A stretch of 64,000 nt of DNA, from assembly GCA_030141605.1 (NCBI GenBank), contig JAQGDQ010000018.1:1240001-1304000 (forward strand). The letters run 5' to 3'. Below, piece after piece: positions 1 through 12,430 of this stretch. A model generated the notes under the pieces. It was not told the origin of the DNA. It saw nothing but the letters and a program-made list of their open reading frames with translations, and ran no database searches. Source of the DNA: Tubiluchus corallicola (taxonomy: Eukaryota; Animalia; Priapulida). The translations under genes were made by a program, and so were the position numbers. Every line of letters starts with the position of its first letter. Position 1 is the first letter of the stretch.

Positions 1-287
1 TTATTAAAGGCTGTGTAATGTAAAAGTTACCAATGAGGTAGGGTGTTTCAGCAAAAAAGTAAGCTAATTGGCATTTAAACATAAAAGAAACATTACCATG
101 TATCACACTGTTTTCTTTTGTATACTGAAAAGTGATTGTGTGACATACTTCCAAGCACACACGCCAAATTGACAAAGACACAATTTCACATGATGATGTT
201 TTGCAATACAAAACAAAATTTCTCGGCATGGACATTTGCGATTTGGTGAATATTTAACTTCTTTTAAGCATTTTTTTGGTATGCGTT

Positions 288-370
288 AAAATGGCACAGA
301 AGAAATGGCTTGGTATAAATGGCACCAATGGAAAAGTAGGTAAAAATGGCTCAGGGAAAAATGGCACATA
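288..370. repeat. Cluster of degenerate AAAATGGCAC subrepeats, probably one arm of a non-autonomous foldback-type DNA transposon
   Basis: Five to six aaatggc(ac) units at ~15-bp spacing; no matching inverted arm identified. Confidence 0.4.
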
Positions 371-1018
371 TATGTTATTTTGATGCAGTTAATTTCTATA
401 CTGAAAGAAGAATGCGCTCAGTAGGAAGCAGGTCTCCTCCAAAACCAAACAACACTAGTCTTATTCGTCTGTTTCTTTGTTTCAAAAAAATCTTACACAC
501 AGATAAATAAGCAACCATACAAAAATGTACCTGTGTTGGTAATATATAGACTAGCAAAAGACTCATAAAATATTTTGTTCAGTAAATAGAATTATAATCA
601 ATAATTTACAAATATTCCACATAGTGCTTATCTGCCTTTCTTAGCCATTAATTTTGGTGATGATAAATATATGCATATTGCCGTACGAAATTCACTTATA
701 AAGCTACAAGCATTAATGCCGTTACACAGTTTTCCAAGCGAGAATTTCTTGAAATGGAACCTGGAACTAGTTAACTACTAGTTGTTTGACCTGGTGGAGA
801 TAATAAAAAGAAGTACTAAACACTCCCTCTGAGACCTCCATGAACTGCTTCGCAAATGTTTTTTTGTATGTGCTGTTCGATCATGCTTTGTGAAAAAAGA
901 TTGTTCTATTCTTTAGACAATCTTGCCCAAGTTCCATAACCCATTAGTCCCAATGCCATCTTCAAATGTGATTATAATCAGAAAAATAGCATAAAATTGA
1001 CTATTTCAGGTTACAACA

Positions 1019-1044
1019 TTATATATATATATATATATATATAT
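1019..1044. repeat. (TA)n microsatellite
   Basis: Direct reading of the TA run. Confidence 0.95.
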
Positions 1045-1746
1045 AACATAAATTTTGAGCACATTTGAATTAATTTAGACCGTGAAGATCTTATTGAGGC
1101 TTATAAAAAGTAACCAGGAAAGAAAACATTTTGGGTGAAAATTTCTGAAAAGATATTGCCCGAATGTGGATTTCTAATGAATGTGTTTGCTTACGACATA
1201 ATCCTGACAGTTGTCACAGATTCCCATGGATGAACTCAACTCTGTTGTTAGTTCTCAACTATTGCTAACTAACCATTCCTATAACCTACGCAAACCTATT
1301 TAGAAATGCTTAGGCCATAATTTTTGCATGCATGTTAAAGTCGAATCATTTATACCTGCTAACTCAGGCTTCAATATAAAGTTATAAATTTCATTTATCA
1401 CTTCTTATCAAGTAGGCCATTTTACTTTTGCTATCATTAAAACAGCTTTCTATGATTGGCCTAACCATGTAAAGTTAGTTTGTCCTTTTTTAAAGTTAAT
1501 CAAACAGTTGTCTTTATATAGCTTGCAAGGTCAAACGTTAAACTAAACTGCGTACTTTGTTAATAACAAAATCAGTAACTCATAGATGTAAGCATTGCGC
1601 ATTTCTTTCTATAAAAAACGAAATGAAATCTATAATAAAACCTAAAAGCCGGCTGGTTTCTCTACCGCGAACTAATGAAAAGTTGACCATTTTTCATAAC
1701 AATATAACATATACTGGCACTACCTAGTTGCAGCTCATGTCCCCGA

Positions 1747-2134
1747 CAGGGCCTATTTCAGCCTTGGCGAGGCCCGGGGAAGTGGGGTGTGTGAGGCCCC
1801 ATCGGGGGCGAAGGGCCGGGTGCCACCATGGTTGGCGCCCAGAAAATTTTTGAACTGCTAGAACCCGGAGAAGCATTTTCGAAGAGAAAATATGGAGTGA
1901 TACAGTTGTTAAAGGAAAGAACAATTGAAAGAAAAACTGCTTTATTCTCAAGACCAGTCCTTAATACTTGTCAATACGGGCAAACGGCGCGCGTGCAGCA
2001 AGAGAGAGTATGACAGGGAGAGAGGAGGCAGTATGTTCGCATAAAGCAAAAAAAAAGTTACCTTGGCGCGAGGCCCCCTGGAGGGTGACGCCCCGGGGAA
2101 GTATCCCCACTTCCCCCCCTTGAAATAGGCCCTG
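1747..2134. mobile_element. Non-autonomous hAT element (MITE), 388 bp
   Basis: Perfect 14-bp TIR CAGGGCCTATTTCA (1747-1760) / TGAAATAGGCCCTG (2121-2134). 8-bp TSD gtccccga (1739-1746) / gtccctga (2135-2142), 7/8 identical. GC-rich subterminal repeats (ggggaagtgggg/ccccacttcccc). CAGGG ends plus an 8-bp TSD are hAT hallmarks. Confidence 0.88.
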
Positions 2135-2229
2135 GTCCCTGACTGTTTAGAAAGACGAGGCAATGAACCTGGCCTGTGGGCATGTGAAAAATATGCACAT
2201 TGATTGGGCAGTTAGAGCTTGACTGAGGA

Positions 2230-2756
2230 TGATTGACATTTTGCTTGAGGTTAATTAGAGCTTTGCATGCAGATGACGCCAAAGGCAGTGTTATCCAAAT
2301 GGATGTCCAATATTCGTATTTTCCAACCCAGTCTGCTGGCGATGGACACTTTTGTTCAGGCTCATTGTTCGACCTCATTGGCCCAATTACTGGTTTGATA
2401 GGTAGCACATTTTGTATGTTGGATTGGTGCATTCTGTGTAGGCCCAAGACTTTCCAGCTTTTCTTGCAAAATATATATGTTCGGGCTTCTTTTACACTAG
2501 CAAGAGAGCTGTCTTTGTCATAAAAAATTACTGTGTATCTTCCAAGCTGCTGGAATTGTTCAGTAGAAATGTCTGTGTAAGGATCTGAAGCACTGTAATT
2601 AAATATATTAGTAATTTGTGAGTAGATGATACATGCTGAAGTCTTGCCACTGCCAAAAAAGCGGATACAGTGTCGCAGCCTTTGAAAGCATGGAAAACTG
2701 GAAGTGCTGTAGCCTTGTCTCCTAAGTTATCAACAAGCCTGTTTATATGAATGTTA
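2230..2756 (-). pseudogene. Decayed transposon ORF with XPG/FEN-like H3TH nuclease motif (Academ-like C-terminal region)
   Basis: Minus-strand translation across about 3 frameshifts: LGDKATALPVFHAFKGCDTVSAF/FGSGKTSA...LGRYTVIFYDKDSSLASVKEARTYIFCKK/LESLGPTQNAPIQHTKCATYQTSNW/...PSPADW...WTSIWITLPLASSACKALI. This follows the recalled consensus ALP.FHAFTGCDTVS.F.GKGK...V..AR...PPT..AL.QH...YQ...W...PSP..WGW...W.TLP.AS.AC.ELI. The Academ label is inferred. Confidence 0.7.
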
Positions 2757-4764
2757 CTAGAATTTTTTCTTGTAACAAATGCTACCCATAAATTAACCGT
2801 GGAACAAATGTTACTTATGGTAAATTTTTCAATTAATAAAGCGATAGTGTGCGCACTAAGCTTGATACGGAACCATTTTGCAGTGCATCTCGCAAGTTTT
2901 GAGATCTGTGATTTTGTTAGAGTGCTTTGTTTTGTTTTTACCTATATGGCTATTAAAGAGTGGTAAAGCATTTTGTCTAACACGATCATTAATAGATCTT
3001 GTGCGTTTTACAAGCACTGTATCCTAACTATCCTGGTAGTCAATGTATTGTGTCTTGCCCACCGTTTCCACATTTTCTCATTTTTATCATCATTTGACGT
3101 TTTGGTATTATAGGCCTGCAGAGTATAGTACCATTTCGTCACCTTTTAGTGTCCCGATACAGTGGGCCAAAATGGAAAATTTTATAAAAATGCCCAAAAC
3201 GATGTTAGAATAACTTAAAGAATTATTACAGAGAGTTTGATAGCTGTATCCAGTCAGTACCCATTTCATCAGAATTTGGCCTTAACAGACCGGACTGTTC
3301 ATACAGTTAGTCTAGTACAATGTTTTTCAAGTAAATTTTTGCACTCGCGCATTAACAAAATACAATCTATTTTTGTTATGAATTTGTTGTTTTTAATGAC
3401 AGCCACGGATTGGCAGCGGCTTACCAATGGATTCTTCTGGCTGAGCCGGGCTTGTAACGGCCTGTTCGTTTCTAAAATGACCATTCACCCTGACGAAAAT
3501 CAAGGTCTGCTTTCATGATATCATCAAACTTGAAGATGACATTCAAATTTCACACTTTCACTGTGAGTGTCGGCCGGCACATTGCTTGTGGACACTGACA
3601 AAATCATAAGCCCTGAACCATAATAAAGCAATTAAATAAATAATACAAAATTGTCTATCAAAGCCAACATTTCTCCAATGTCAGTTTTCCTGCTATAAAC
3701 TTCAAGAACTAATTTGTGCTGAAGTGTGCCTTAGGCTTAACAGTCAGATGAACCCAAGCCATTGGTGCAAAGTACCATCATCTGCACACCTTTCTGTTAC
3801 GTGAACCCCTTGCCGCGTTACAATAACCTACTTACATTAATTATTATTGTGTCAGAAATTCATTACCCACATACTTTCGCAGGATCAAGATGTAATTAAA
3901 ACACTTCTGCTGGTTTGCAAAACACGTGCTGGTTTATGATTAATGAGAAATTAAAAAAAATAATTTATAACGTGTATATATATTACCTGTATTCTTGGTC
4001 ATCGATAGTTACGTTATTGGTAATTTTAATGCACAATTTTGCTTTCAAGCATAGTCTTGAAGATCTGCATATGAAGCATTTCAATTATTTTACATGTCAA
4101 CTTTATATGATTTCTCGGGTTGTATATCTGCTTTATTTCAAACGTGTAGCTTTCAGCACTGTTACCAATTGGTAACCAACAACGTTGTACCAATATTTTA
4201 CCGATATTTAATATAGTGAACAGGAATACTGGGAAAAGTTATCATGTGGAAATTTATTTGTTTGTCAACGTTACGTCTTTCTAGTGTGCGTTGTCACTTG
4301 TGGTAATTTAACATAGATATTTCAAATTTAACTTATCTTATTGTTATAGTATATTTTTATTTATTTTTTGGAAGATGAAATATTTGCTTATGAACACATT
4401 ATAAAATTATATTATATTATAATATTATAAAATGTTACACTTAATCTGCTGCAAAACTTATTTATAGCCGTTTTACAAAGTAAAGCCTACCATGCTTTCC
4501 ATTCAAAATACAATCTGTAATTATTTTGTTAGCACCCGTTTTGTACTAGTTGTCCTTTGTTTCCGTGAATGGCCTGAGTACACTACAGGTATAATTTGTG
4601 TACTGTTTGTCTGATACGATTTAAAACTCAGACACTTTAGAGAAACAAAGGTTTAGAGAAATAGCCAAAATTGGCATGTCGCAGCTAGAATAATTATTCC
4701 AATAATTAATAACTTCTAGTTTATAAGAAATGTATTAATATATTGTTATAACAGTGTATTAATA

Positions 4765-4890
4765 CTGTTATAGCAAATAAATTAAAGTAATGAGTGTTGA
4801 ATTTAATGCTGTTATAGCAAATAAATTAAAGTAATGAGTGTTGAATTTAATGCTGTTATAGCAAATAGATTGAAGTAATGAATGTTGAAT
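4765..4890. repeat. Tandem repeat, 44-bp unit x ~2.9
   Basis: ctgttatagcaaataaattaaagtaatgagtgttgaatttaatg starts at 4765, 4809 and 4853 (third copy diverged). Confidence 0.95.
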
Positions 4891-5716
4891 CTAGGAGTAT
4901 ATTTACTCGGTCATGCTCAACATTGCTTAATTTCGTTCATCAAGCACCTATCATCACTTTTTGGCTGTTCTAGTCGTCTCACCTGGCCTGATATCCTTCA
5001 ATCTATTCGTTAGCCTCTTGTTCAACAACCTAGCCTAAATGGTCTAATAGTTAATACCAGTTAGCGTGAATAAGTCTGTTGGGGCATATTACCTACCCTA
5101 AGTATTTTCTGAATTTGACGTAAAAAGTGAACATGTGGCAGTGCGCTGATTTAATGTTTATTACACAACTCGGTTCCTAAGCTTCACGAACGTCACAGCA
5201 TCAGCAAATTACCAGGACAATAGACTTAATGGACAATTTTTCGCTTTATCTGATTCTAAGAGCATTATCAGTGCGAAGCAGACGAATGCAGCCATCGTAT
5301 TTCCACAGCCTAATCTTCTCTTACAATGACCACAATTTCCTTCAAATTTACTTATTCCGTATATCAGTCTGCCTGGATAAGCAGATAAAAGAGAAATGAG
5401 ACTGTGATAAAGAAACGTAACTCTGATCTACCCACACATGCACTGCGTAAGCCACTGCAAATCTGGAAAAAGACCGACTGTGGGAATAGCTGATTGATAA
5501 ACTTAGTTTGCTAATGGCCTAATGAGAATTTAATACTTAAGGCTGTCAATAAATAATTAGTCTATTACAGGTTACCGGAATTTGTTTTTTCTTTCCTTTT
5601 CCTAGTACTGATGACTGGTTATTGGTACCACAATCACTTATTATAGATTTTTATATTATAAATTAACAAAGGTTATTTGTTGTAACTTAATTTGCTTTTT
5701 ACTTTTTTATTTGTAG

Positions 5717-5852
5717 GAGTAATTGCGATCCATCAGCAGCAAACGTTTTACGTCATCACTATGAACGACCTTATTTTTTGCCAGCTGAATCCGAATCAAG
5801 CAAAACGGATTGGATTTTTATTGGTGTACCTGGATATGGAGCTCATATGCAT
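5717..5852 (+). CDS. JmjC/cupin-like dioxygenase, internal exon (SNCDPSAANVLRHHYERPYFLPAESESSKTDWIFIGVPGYGAHMH)
   Basis: ttttttatttgtag acceptor and gtaaag donor, phase 2 in / 0 out. The PYFLP and WIFIG..G.GAHMH motifs are typical of JmjC/cupin_8 proteins. Confidence 0.85.
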
Positions 5853-6614
5853 GTAAAGAACTGCTTATTTTTTACTTTTATTTATATCGTGGAAGATATC
5901 AGGCATTCAGAGTTGGTGGTTACATGTTGTGTTTGATGGTTAATTTATCTATACTGTACCAAGACTGGGTTGTACGGCAGGAGCTTATTAAAGAGCTCTA
6001 GTTAATTAGAGTACTTTATCCACAAATGAAGGAACTCTGAAAGTTCTGCTTTTCTGCTGTCAAGTGTTTTTAAACGATTTGACCAATTAAAAACTGATGA
6101 AGCCATATGCCAGCTTTGGACACCTGGACAAAACCAAGAAATGCATGGCTGCAGACCACTTAGATAGATATCTTTTATTCACATATCATTATTGTACAGG
6201 TAGAAACATCAGCAAAATAACGTTTTATTGCCGTGACTTTTGACAATATTTTCCAGCACTCACTCGTCTGTTGCATGATGCTTCAGGCAGAAAGTAATTA
6301 TTGCAAAAAGCTTTTTGCGGCTATGCCATTCAGTGGTAATGTAGGTTAAGTAATTAGTGATCCTGTCAGTTGGAGGGGGACCATGTCTGAAACTCCTGAC
6401 AGTATAAACATACTAATTTGGAATGACTAGTTCGCTTTTTCTTTCGAATTGTTTGCCAGTGCTGTTAATAATGAAGGAGCAGTTGTCTCCATTTGTTCAA
6501 AACAGTAACCATTAAACCCATTATTTATTTTAGATATCAGAAAAATTGATTCAAAAATTTCAAGATGAAAAGGTCATCAAATTGCTAGTTATAACCCGTG
6601 TTTTGTAAACTCAG

Positions 6615-6744
6615 GTTGATGCAGTTGGTAATCCGTCATGGCAAGCACAAATCCGAGGCAATAAAACTTGGACATTGGAGCCGCCACCTGAGTGTTATTT
6701 TGAATGTAACAGTATGGAAGTCACAGTACATCCAGGCGAAATAA
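6615..6744 (+). CDS. JmjC/cupin-like dioxygenase, exon (VDAVGNPSWQAQIRGNKTWTLEPPPECYFECNSMEVTVHPGEI)
   Basis: ctcag acceptor and gtaagc donor, phase 0/1. Completes the H-V-D motif across the junction; contains W.AQI.G.K.W.L.PP and V.PGE JmjC strands. Confidence 0.88.
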
Positions 6745-6953
6745 GTAAGCAACTTAACTGTTAAAATGCTGTAGGTGCTTGTAAATCATTAAAATTTCAA
6801 GCATCATAAGAAGTTAGCTGTATTTTATTTATACTCTGTATACTCAAAAGGAAATACAGAGAAGGGTAAATGAAAATCGGGGTACAAAAATAAGTGTAAG
6901 CATATGATATGATAGCCCCTGGTGTAAAAACTTCTGAAGTTTGTTTAGTAGTG

Positions 6954-7205
6954 TTAAGTACCTCTAATTTTTTTTATGCTTGTAGATATTTTTTTATTTT
7001 TCATAATCATTTGACTTTGTATATTTAAGTAACATGGTTGATGTCAGTTGATGTACAGTTTACTTAGCACACAGTTTACTGTATATTTAGGTACCTCTCA
7101 ATATGTTTTACGCTTGAAGATATTTTTCATTGACTTTTCATAACTATTTCAATTTATGTATTTAAGTAAAATGGCTGAAGCCAATGGCTACACACAGTTT
7201 TCTGT
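6954..7205. repeat. Diverged tandem duplication, ~133-bp unit x2, in the last JmjC intron
   Basis: Both halves read tta(a/g)gtacctct...ta(t/c)gcttg(t/a)agatattttt...tatttaagtaa(c/a)atgg(t/c)tga...acacagttt. Confidence 0.7.
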
Positions 7206-7425
7206 TATCTTACAAAATTTGTCTAGATAAAATATTTCCCCGAACTGAAATGACAGTTATTAGAATTATTACACACATACTGTATTAGAAAATAATCTAC
7301 AGTAAAGTTTGTGCTGTATGAGCCTAAATATATTGTAGCCTAAACGTTAATTTATAATTTAGCAAAGAAAATGATATTTGCTATAATATGTGGGAACTGA
7401 GACTATTCAATAACTTTTATTACAG

Positions 7426-7511
7426 TTGTTTTAGACACGAATCGTTGGTTTCACAAGACGCTGGTTGTGGGAGATGACATGAGCATAGTCATCGGGTCTG
7501 AATACAACTGA
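7426..7511 (+). CDS. JmjC/cupin-like dioxygenase, terminal exon (IVLDTNRWFHKTLVVGDDMSIVIGSEYN*)
   Basis: ttttattacag acceptor, phase 1. WFH carries the distal metal-binding His. TGA at 7509-7511. Confidence 0.88.
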
Positions 7512-7704
7512 CTGCTGTCTAATGGAGTATGAAGTCATTCTTGCAGGAATGAAATCTATGGCGTGACTAGTGATTGTTAGAATCAAGTTTTAGTAAGTGG
7601 AATATAGGAGGATTGCCATGAATGATGCATCTTTCAAAAGCTTTCATAAATTAAGACATGAACAATGAAATCATATTTGCCAATCCACATAAAAGAAATT
7701 TGCT

Positions 7705-8005
7705 CAATACCCACAAAAACCAAAGCCCCACCGTACTATCCACATCACACCAAACCCACCAGATAAGCTTACCGCACCACACCATCCACACCGTACCAAA
7801 CTTACCAAACCAACCATACCCCAACTCCCACACCACACCACCACATCCTCACCACTCCACATTGCCCACACCACATCATTTCACACCATTCGCACCATGG
7901 CACTCGCACCGCACCACACAACTCACACCATCCAATGCCACTGCCAATATCAGGGAAACCCACAGTGATGATGACAACAACCACACCCAGTTAAACCCCA
8001 CAAAC
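7705..8005. repeat. Degenerate (CACCA)n-type low-complexity tract in or near the JmjC 3' UTR
   Basis: C/A-rich pentamer variants (cacca, tacca, cacac); generates spurious His/Pro/Thr-rich ORFs. Confidence 0.8.
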
Positions 8006-8553
8006 TATTTTGCACATCATCAAAACTGAGTGAAATTACAAATATTCTTAGGCCCATCCACTGATGATCATAATGCAATTAAGTCATAGCTGCTGTTGTT
8101 GAAGACGTCTCAAAAAGGGATCCCATCATCTTGTAGTCATGTTCCCGCTCTTTGCAATACCCCCGGAAGCACCACATGAATGATTTTTCTACATGATGTT
8201 TGATCACAATTTTGAAAAATGGGGTGGGTACGTCCAGGAAAATTCCCATTGTGGAAAGGCTTCGAAACCAAACTTTGTCAGTTACACATTATATTGTATG
8301 CTGTTTCGAATGATTTATAACGCCCTGTGTTTCACAATTCTAATCTTCAAATTTCAGTTCTATTATTTTTGGAAAAAAGCTGGCTGTGTTTAAGGTTTTT
8401 GCTGGTTTTTCACTCCCCATTCCTCGCAGATGGCCTAGACTGAAAATGAATCCCTTAAGGCGCCATGAGTGAACAAGAAATTTCATTTAATATATAGTTT
8501 GTCGCGAATGGTTTAGTAGTTGCAGTGAAAATGTCATATTATATAAATCCATA

Positions 8554-8563
8554 AATAAATAAA
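8554..8563 (+). terminator. Candidate polyadenylation signal (overlapping AATAAA) of the JmjC gene
   Basis: AATAAATAAA ~1 kb after the stop codon with T-rich sequence downstream; use is not provable in AT-rich DNA. Confidence 0.3.
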
Positions 8564-9016
8564 TGTACCCGGAGAATTAATACATAAATTGGTAATCAAA
8601 TTTTAGTTAGCACAATAATTTATAAATGCTAATAAGTAAACCTTTTATTTTTTGCAGCTTTACAATTATTTTGTCAGTTTGTAGAAAGTATGAGTCTTTT
8701 TTGAGTTTGTACAAAATGAATATTTCGAATGGAAAGTTGTAACAAATAGCGCTGGCATAAATGTTTGAAAGCAAATTTGACCAAAAGTAAGAAACGTAAG
8801 AAAGTCAGGCTGAGCCAGGATTTGTGCCAGGGATCTTTGCATTAAAGGTCCTTAGTGCCATGACCATTTGATCACTCAGTCCTTGTAATTAAGACAAACA
8901 TCAATTTAATGCTACTAGCTTACCAGCTGTTCCAAGTTCAACATTTCCAAGTATTATTCTAGAGATGCTAGACTGGTTGTTGAGCTGCTGGGATTTAGTT
9001 AGGAGCAGTAACAAGG

Positions 9017-9089
9017 GGTTGTGTAGCCTAATGGTAATGGCATTGCTTTTCTAATCCAAAGGTCATTGGTTCAAGTCCAAGTTCAGCGA
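9017..9089 (+). pseudogene. tRNA-derived relic (tRNA-Arg(TCT)-like pseudogene or SINE head)
   Basis: A box TAGCCTAATGG (9024-9034) and B box GGTTCAAGTCC (9068-9078) at tRNA spacing, TTCTAA loop, T-stem ttgg/ccaa. Acceptor and anticodon stems pair poorly. Confidence 0.6.
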
Positions 9090-10989
9090 TTAATTTTCCT
9101 TAATCTTATTCAAATTTGTTTCTAAAAATTTAATAACTGTGGGCACATCTGAACAACAATTAATATTCTTGAAATAAATATGAGAAATAACTAACTCTGA
9201 AGAAATACATATAATTTCACTAAGTTAATATTTTACAGTTGTGAATATTGTTGTTTTGTTTGTTTAAAATAATTATGTATTAAATATATAACTCCTCTTT
9301 GAACATTTGTGGAGACTATAAATTTATAGTTCTTTGTGCTAGGGTTGGTAATAGTAAAGTGAAAGGCTTTTGAGTTTTGAATGCTGGTCTAGGAAAAAGT
9401 GAGAGCAACTGAATATGTCATGCATTGTTTACCAATACAATTTATTAGCTGTTTTGTATATTTTTATAGTATTATTTATTATGATTATGATAGTCAGGTA
9501 AAAATAATACATTCGGTTTCTGATATGTTGTATCACTACAAATCTATAGCTATAAATCTTCAAATAAGTTGAATTAGTTTAAGCTGTTTTACGTCCTGTG
9601 TTACAGTCTTAAGTAATTTTAATTTATGACAATATTACATGCACTTATTAATAATATACCGTGTTAGTATTTAAGATTAATCGTATTAAAGTTTTTAGTA
9701 CATACATATCAGAGATTACGATAAGTGATTACAGATACATTCAAGGAATCTGCAGTTTTTTCTATTTTTAGTTTGTTATATATTTTACACACACTTGTTA
9801 TTTGCATTTATTCACTAATTTATTTAAAAAGTTTTGCAGTATTTGGTCTATTGCCTATAATAATGATGAGCTCATTTTTATGCTGCTGTTGTATTATATA
9901 CATTATATAGTCTGCTCATTATAACTAAAGCATGCCATTACTACTAAGTTGTATATTGGTAAATCTAAGTTAAGGGTGGAAAATATCATCAAATGCTTAT
10001 TTTTAAAAAGTTAGCTAATTGTGTACACCTATTCGTTTCTTTGTCAAAATATGTTTGTACTTAGTTGTCATTTACTAAATTTATATAAATGTTTTATAGT
10101 TTTAAACACAAGTGTTAGCAAAATGAGTAAATCTATGTAACAATCTGTTGTGAATCTCTGTTGTGATATATTTTTAGTTATAAGGAATTTCGCAATAAAT
10201 CTAATGTTTAATGCGAATACTTTTTTATTTTATTTTTTCATTATAGTATTTTTGACAATTGATTTTTAATTTTTTTGATTAAGTCATTGAATAACTGATA
10301 AATACATCAGTCAAAAGTATCCTAAAAAGTTAATATGCATGCTTGTTTGAACATTGATGCAAAGCCATGAAAGATTTTGTGGAACCAATAATCAAAGCTG
10401 AATCTTTGTCTAGAATGGTAAATATATACCAGAACTGGACGACATAATACTTGGCAGTGCATGATATAATAAAACTGAAATTTGATTTTTTTTTCAACCC
10501 AGTAATACTATTTTGTAAGTGATACAGGTTCTTTAGTTTGATAATAATAATAGGCTTTTCTTTTTTCAGTCCTAAAAATCTTAGCCGGGGTTCTATGTTC
10601 TTTAGTTAAATCATGTTGTAGGCTTAACAGCATAATTATTATGATGAACCATTAGCCTTAGAGGAGCATGAAGCAAAAATATTTTATTTGGTCGATCATA
10701 TCTAGGCATTTCTCACAAAACCATCTGTTTGTATTTCGCCAGGTTTAGTCTGATCGAGCATTAACTTTCATGATAATATCATTAGTGCGAGACATTCAGT
10801 AAAAATTCTGTGCGAGTTAACTTTGGCAAGGTGCAGTCCCAATCAAAGAAAATCATTTGCCTGGATAATCATCCTTATATACACTATCTTGAAAATTGGT
10901 TTTTATAATGTCGATTTCGGCTGTTCTATAAGCGCGTGTACTTGGGTTAACACATAATAATTTTTATTTCGTTTCGTTTTGACAATATA

Positions 10990-11009
10990 GCGCCACTAGA
11001 TGTCAGCAC
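10990..11009 (+). promoter_or_regulatory. CTCF-like motif between the two genes
   Basis: GCGCCACTAGATGTCAGCAC vs consensus CCASYAGRKGGCRS (one core mismatch). Confidence 0.45.
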
Positions 11010-12139
11010 AACGAAAGTGTATGTAGAGTCCCTATGCAGTAAACATACGGCACAGAGACTAAATGTTATTAGTTATAATAATTATAGGGACCAACGTTAG
11101 AGCAAACATAAAAAAGAAAAAACGCTCATTTAGCATGTGGGTTTATTTTACTGATATTACTTAAATTTATGAAAATATAGGGAACAAAATTACCAAAAAC
11201 TGTCTATAAAACATAGTTATTTGTTCTACTGCTGTATTTTCAGGCACGGTGATAGCCGCCGGACTTTAGTAAGCGTATTGTGACTTTCCGGTAGCGTGCG
11301 TTAAACTAATCCAAAGTTTTGCAGCTTACCTAAAAATTAGCTAATTTTTGCAAAAAATTGTTATACTTTTGACGAAATTGACTGTGCACTGCTTTTCTTC
11401 AGCCGACGAACAACGTCATTGGTGGAAAAATGGGCTTTCAAAATGGGAGCGCTCACGTGTAAAATGATCGAGACTTAAAGTGCTTTTACTAATCACATGA
11501 GGCGCTTACTATCACTCCTTTTATTATTAAATCCTTCTAACACTTGTCGCGAACATTAAAATAACCCCAACTTACCAAAATGGTCTGTCTTTCATTTTGT
11601 CTGCTTAACGCGAGGGCGCGGTACGTATACGCGTAGTTAGCCTTTTTTGTCTAAAAACATGTCGACTGCCCCGCGACGATGACGCTTTTCTATGCATCAC
11701 TTAAAATTGTCTACTTTACTTTCCTTGCATGCTAAAGATTACACAATGTATGACGACATGCCCTTAGTTAATTCAACTAAATTAAATTAAGAAGCATCGA
11801 CCGATCAGCTCAATTAGATTTATTCCGACAAAAAATAAGATACAAAATGAATCATCTATTGTAAAGCCACAGATCTTGAATTGCGTCTTTATATGCCATA
11901 ATATAAGAGAGCATAGATTACTTAGATAACACGAGACGTAGACTATTTTAAGTCGTTTTAACTTTATGAATCTAGTTCGTAATAACTACAGTTAATTCTT
12001 AGACGTGTTCAATTCACATTTTGCTCTTATATGTATACAGACTTTTGGACTTGCATCTAACTTAAATAGGGCGACAGGCAGCACTACGAAATCGTAATAC
12101 TGAGTGAACTACCAATATATTTTACTCTAAATTACCCTG

Positions 12140-12430
12140 TGTTATCTGGAAACAATGCGAAATTTTTTACCACCGGTTCTGTCGTTTGCCTCTGGCTTTT
12201 CTGTTGCGTCTGATTTATAAACGCGGCTCATTTAGTATCCTCCTTCCACTCCCTCTTGCAGCGAAATGGGTAAGTCATTCGCAGATTCGCAAGCACGTGA
12301 CCAAAACAGCTGTTTGCTGTTCGTAGCGCCCTCATCCACTTTTGGCTTGAATGGTCTCGCTCGTGTCAGTTCGCGTTTTGAGTTCAATTTTGACTTTTGT
12401 TTCGTGCGAATGACAGTAAAATGGTTAGCC
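12140..12430 (+). promoter_or_regulatory. Candidate distal promoter/first exon of the RIPOR gene
   Basis: CpG-richer segment, TCAGTT initiator-like motif near 12366, donor-like sites ATGG|GTAAGT (12270) and AAAATG|GTTAGC (12424). Confidence 0.35.

Noticed and set aside
4765-4890. CRISPR-like appearance of 44-45 bp repeats (also 48533-48666)
   Set aside because: Head-to-tail tandem units without unique spacers, in eukaryotic DNA with no cas genes.
7617-7670. Possible SECIS (ATGA...AAAA...GA) after the TGA stop
   Set aside because: The stem does not pair canonically, and the TGA falls at a plausible family C-terminus.
7651-8029. His/Pro/Thr-rich and Trp/Val/Gly-rich ORFs
   Set aside because: Translation products of the degenerate CACCA repeat.
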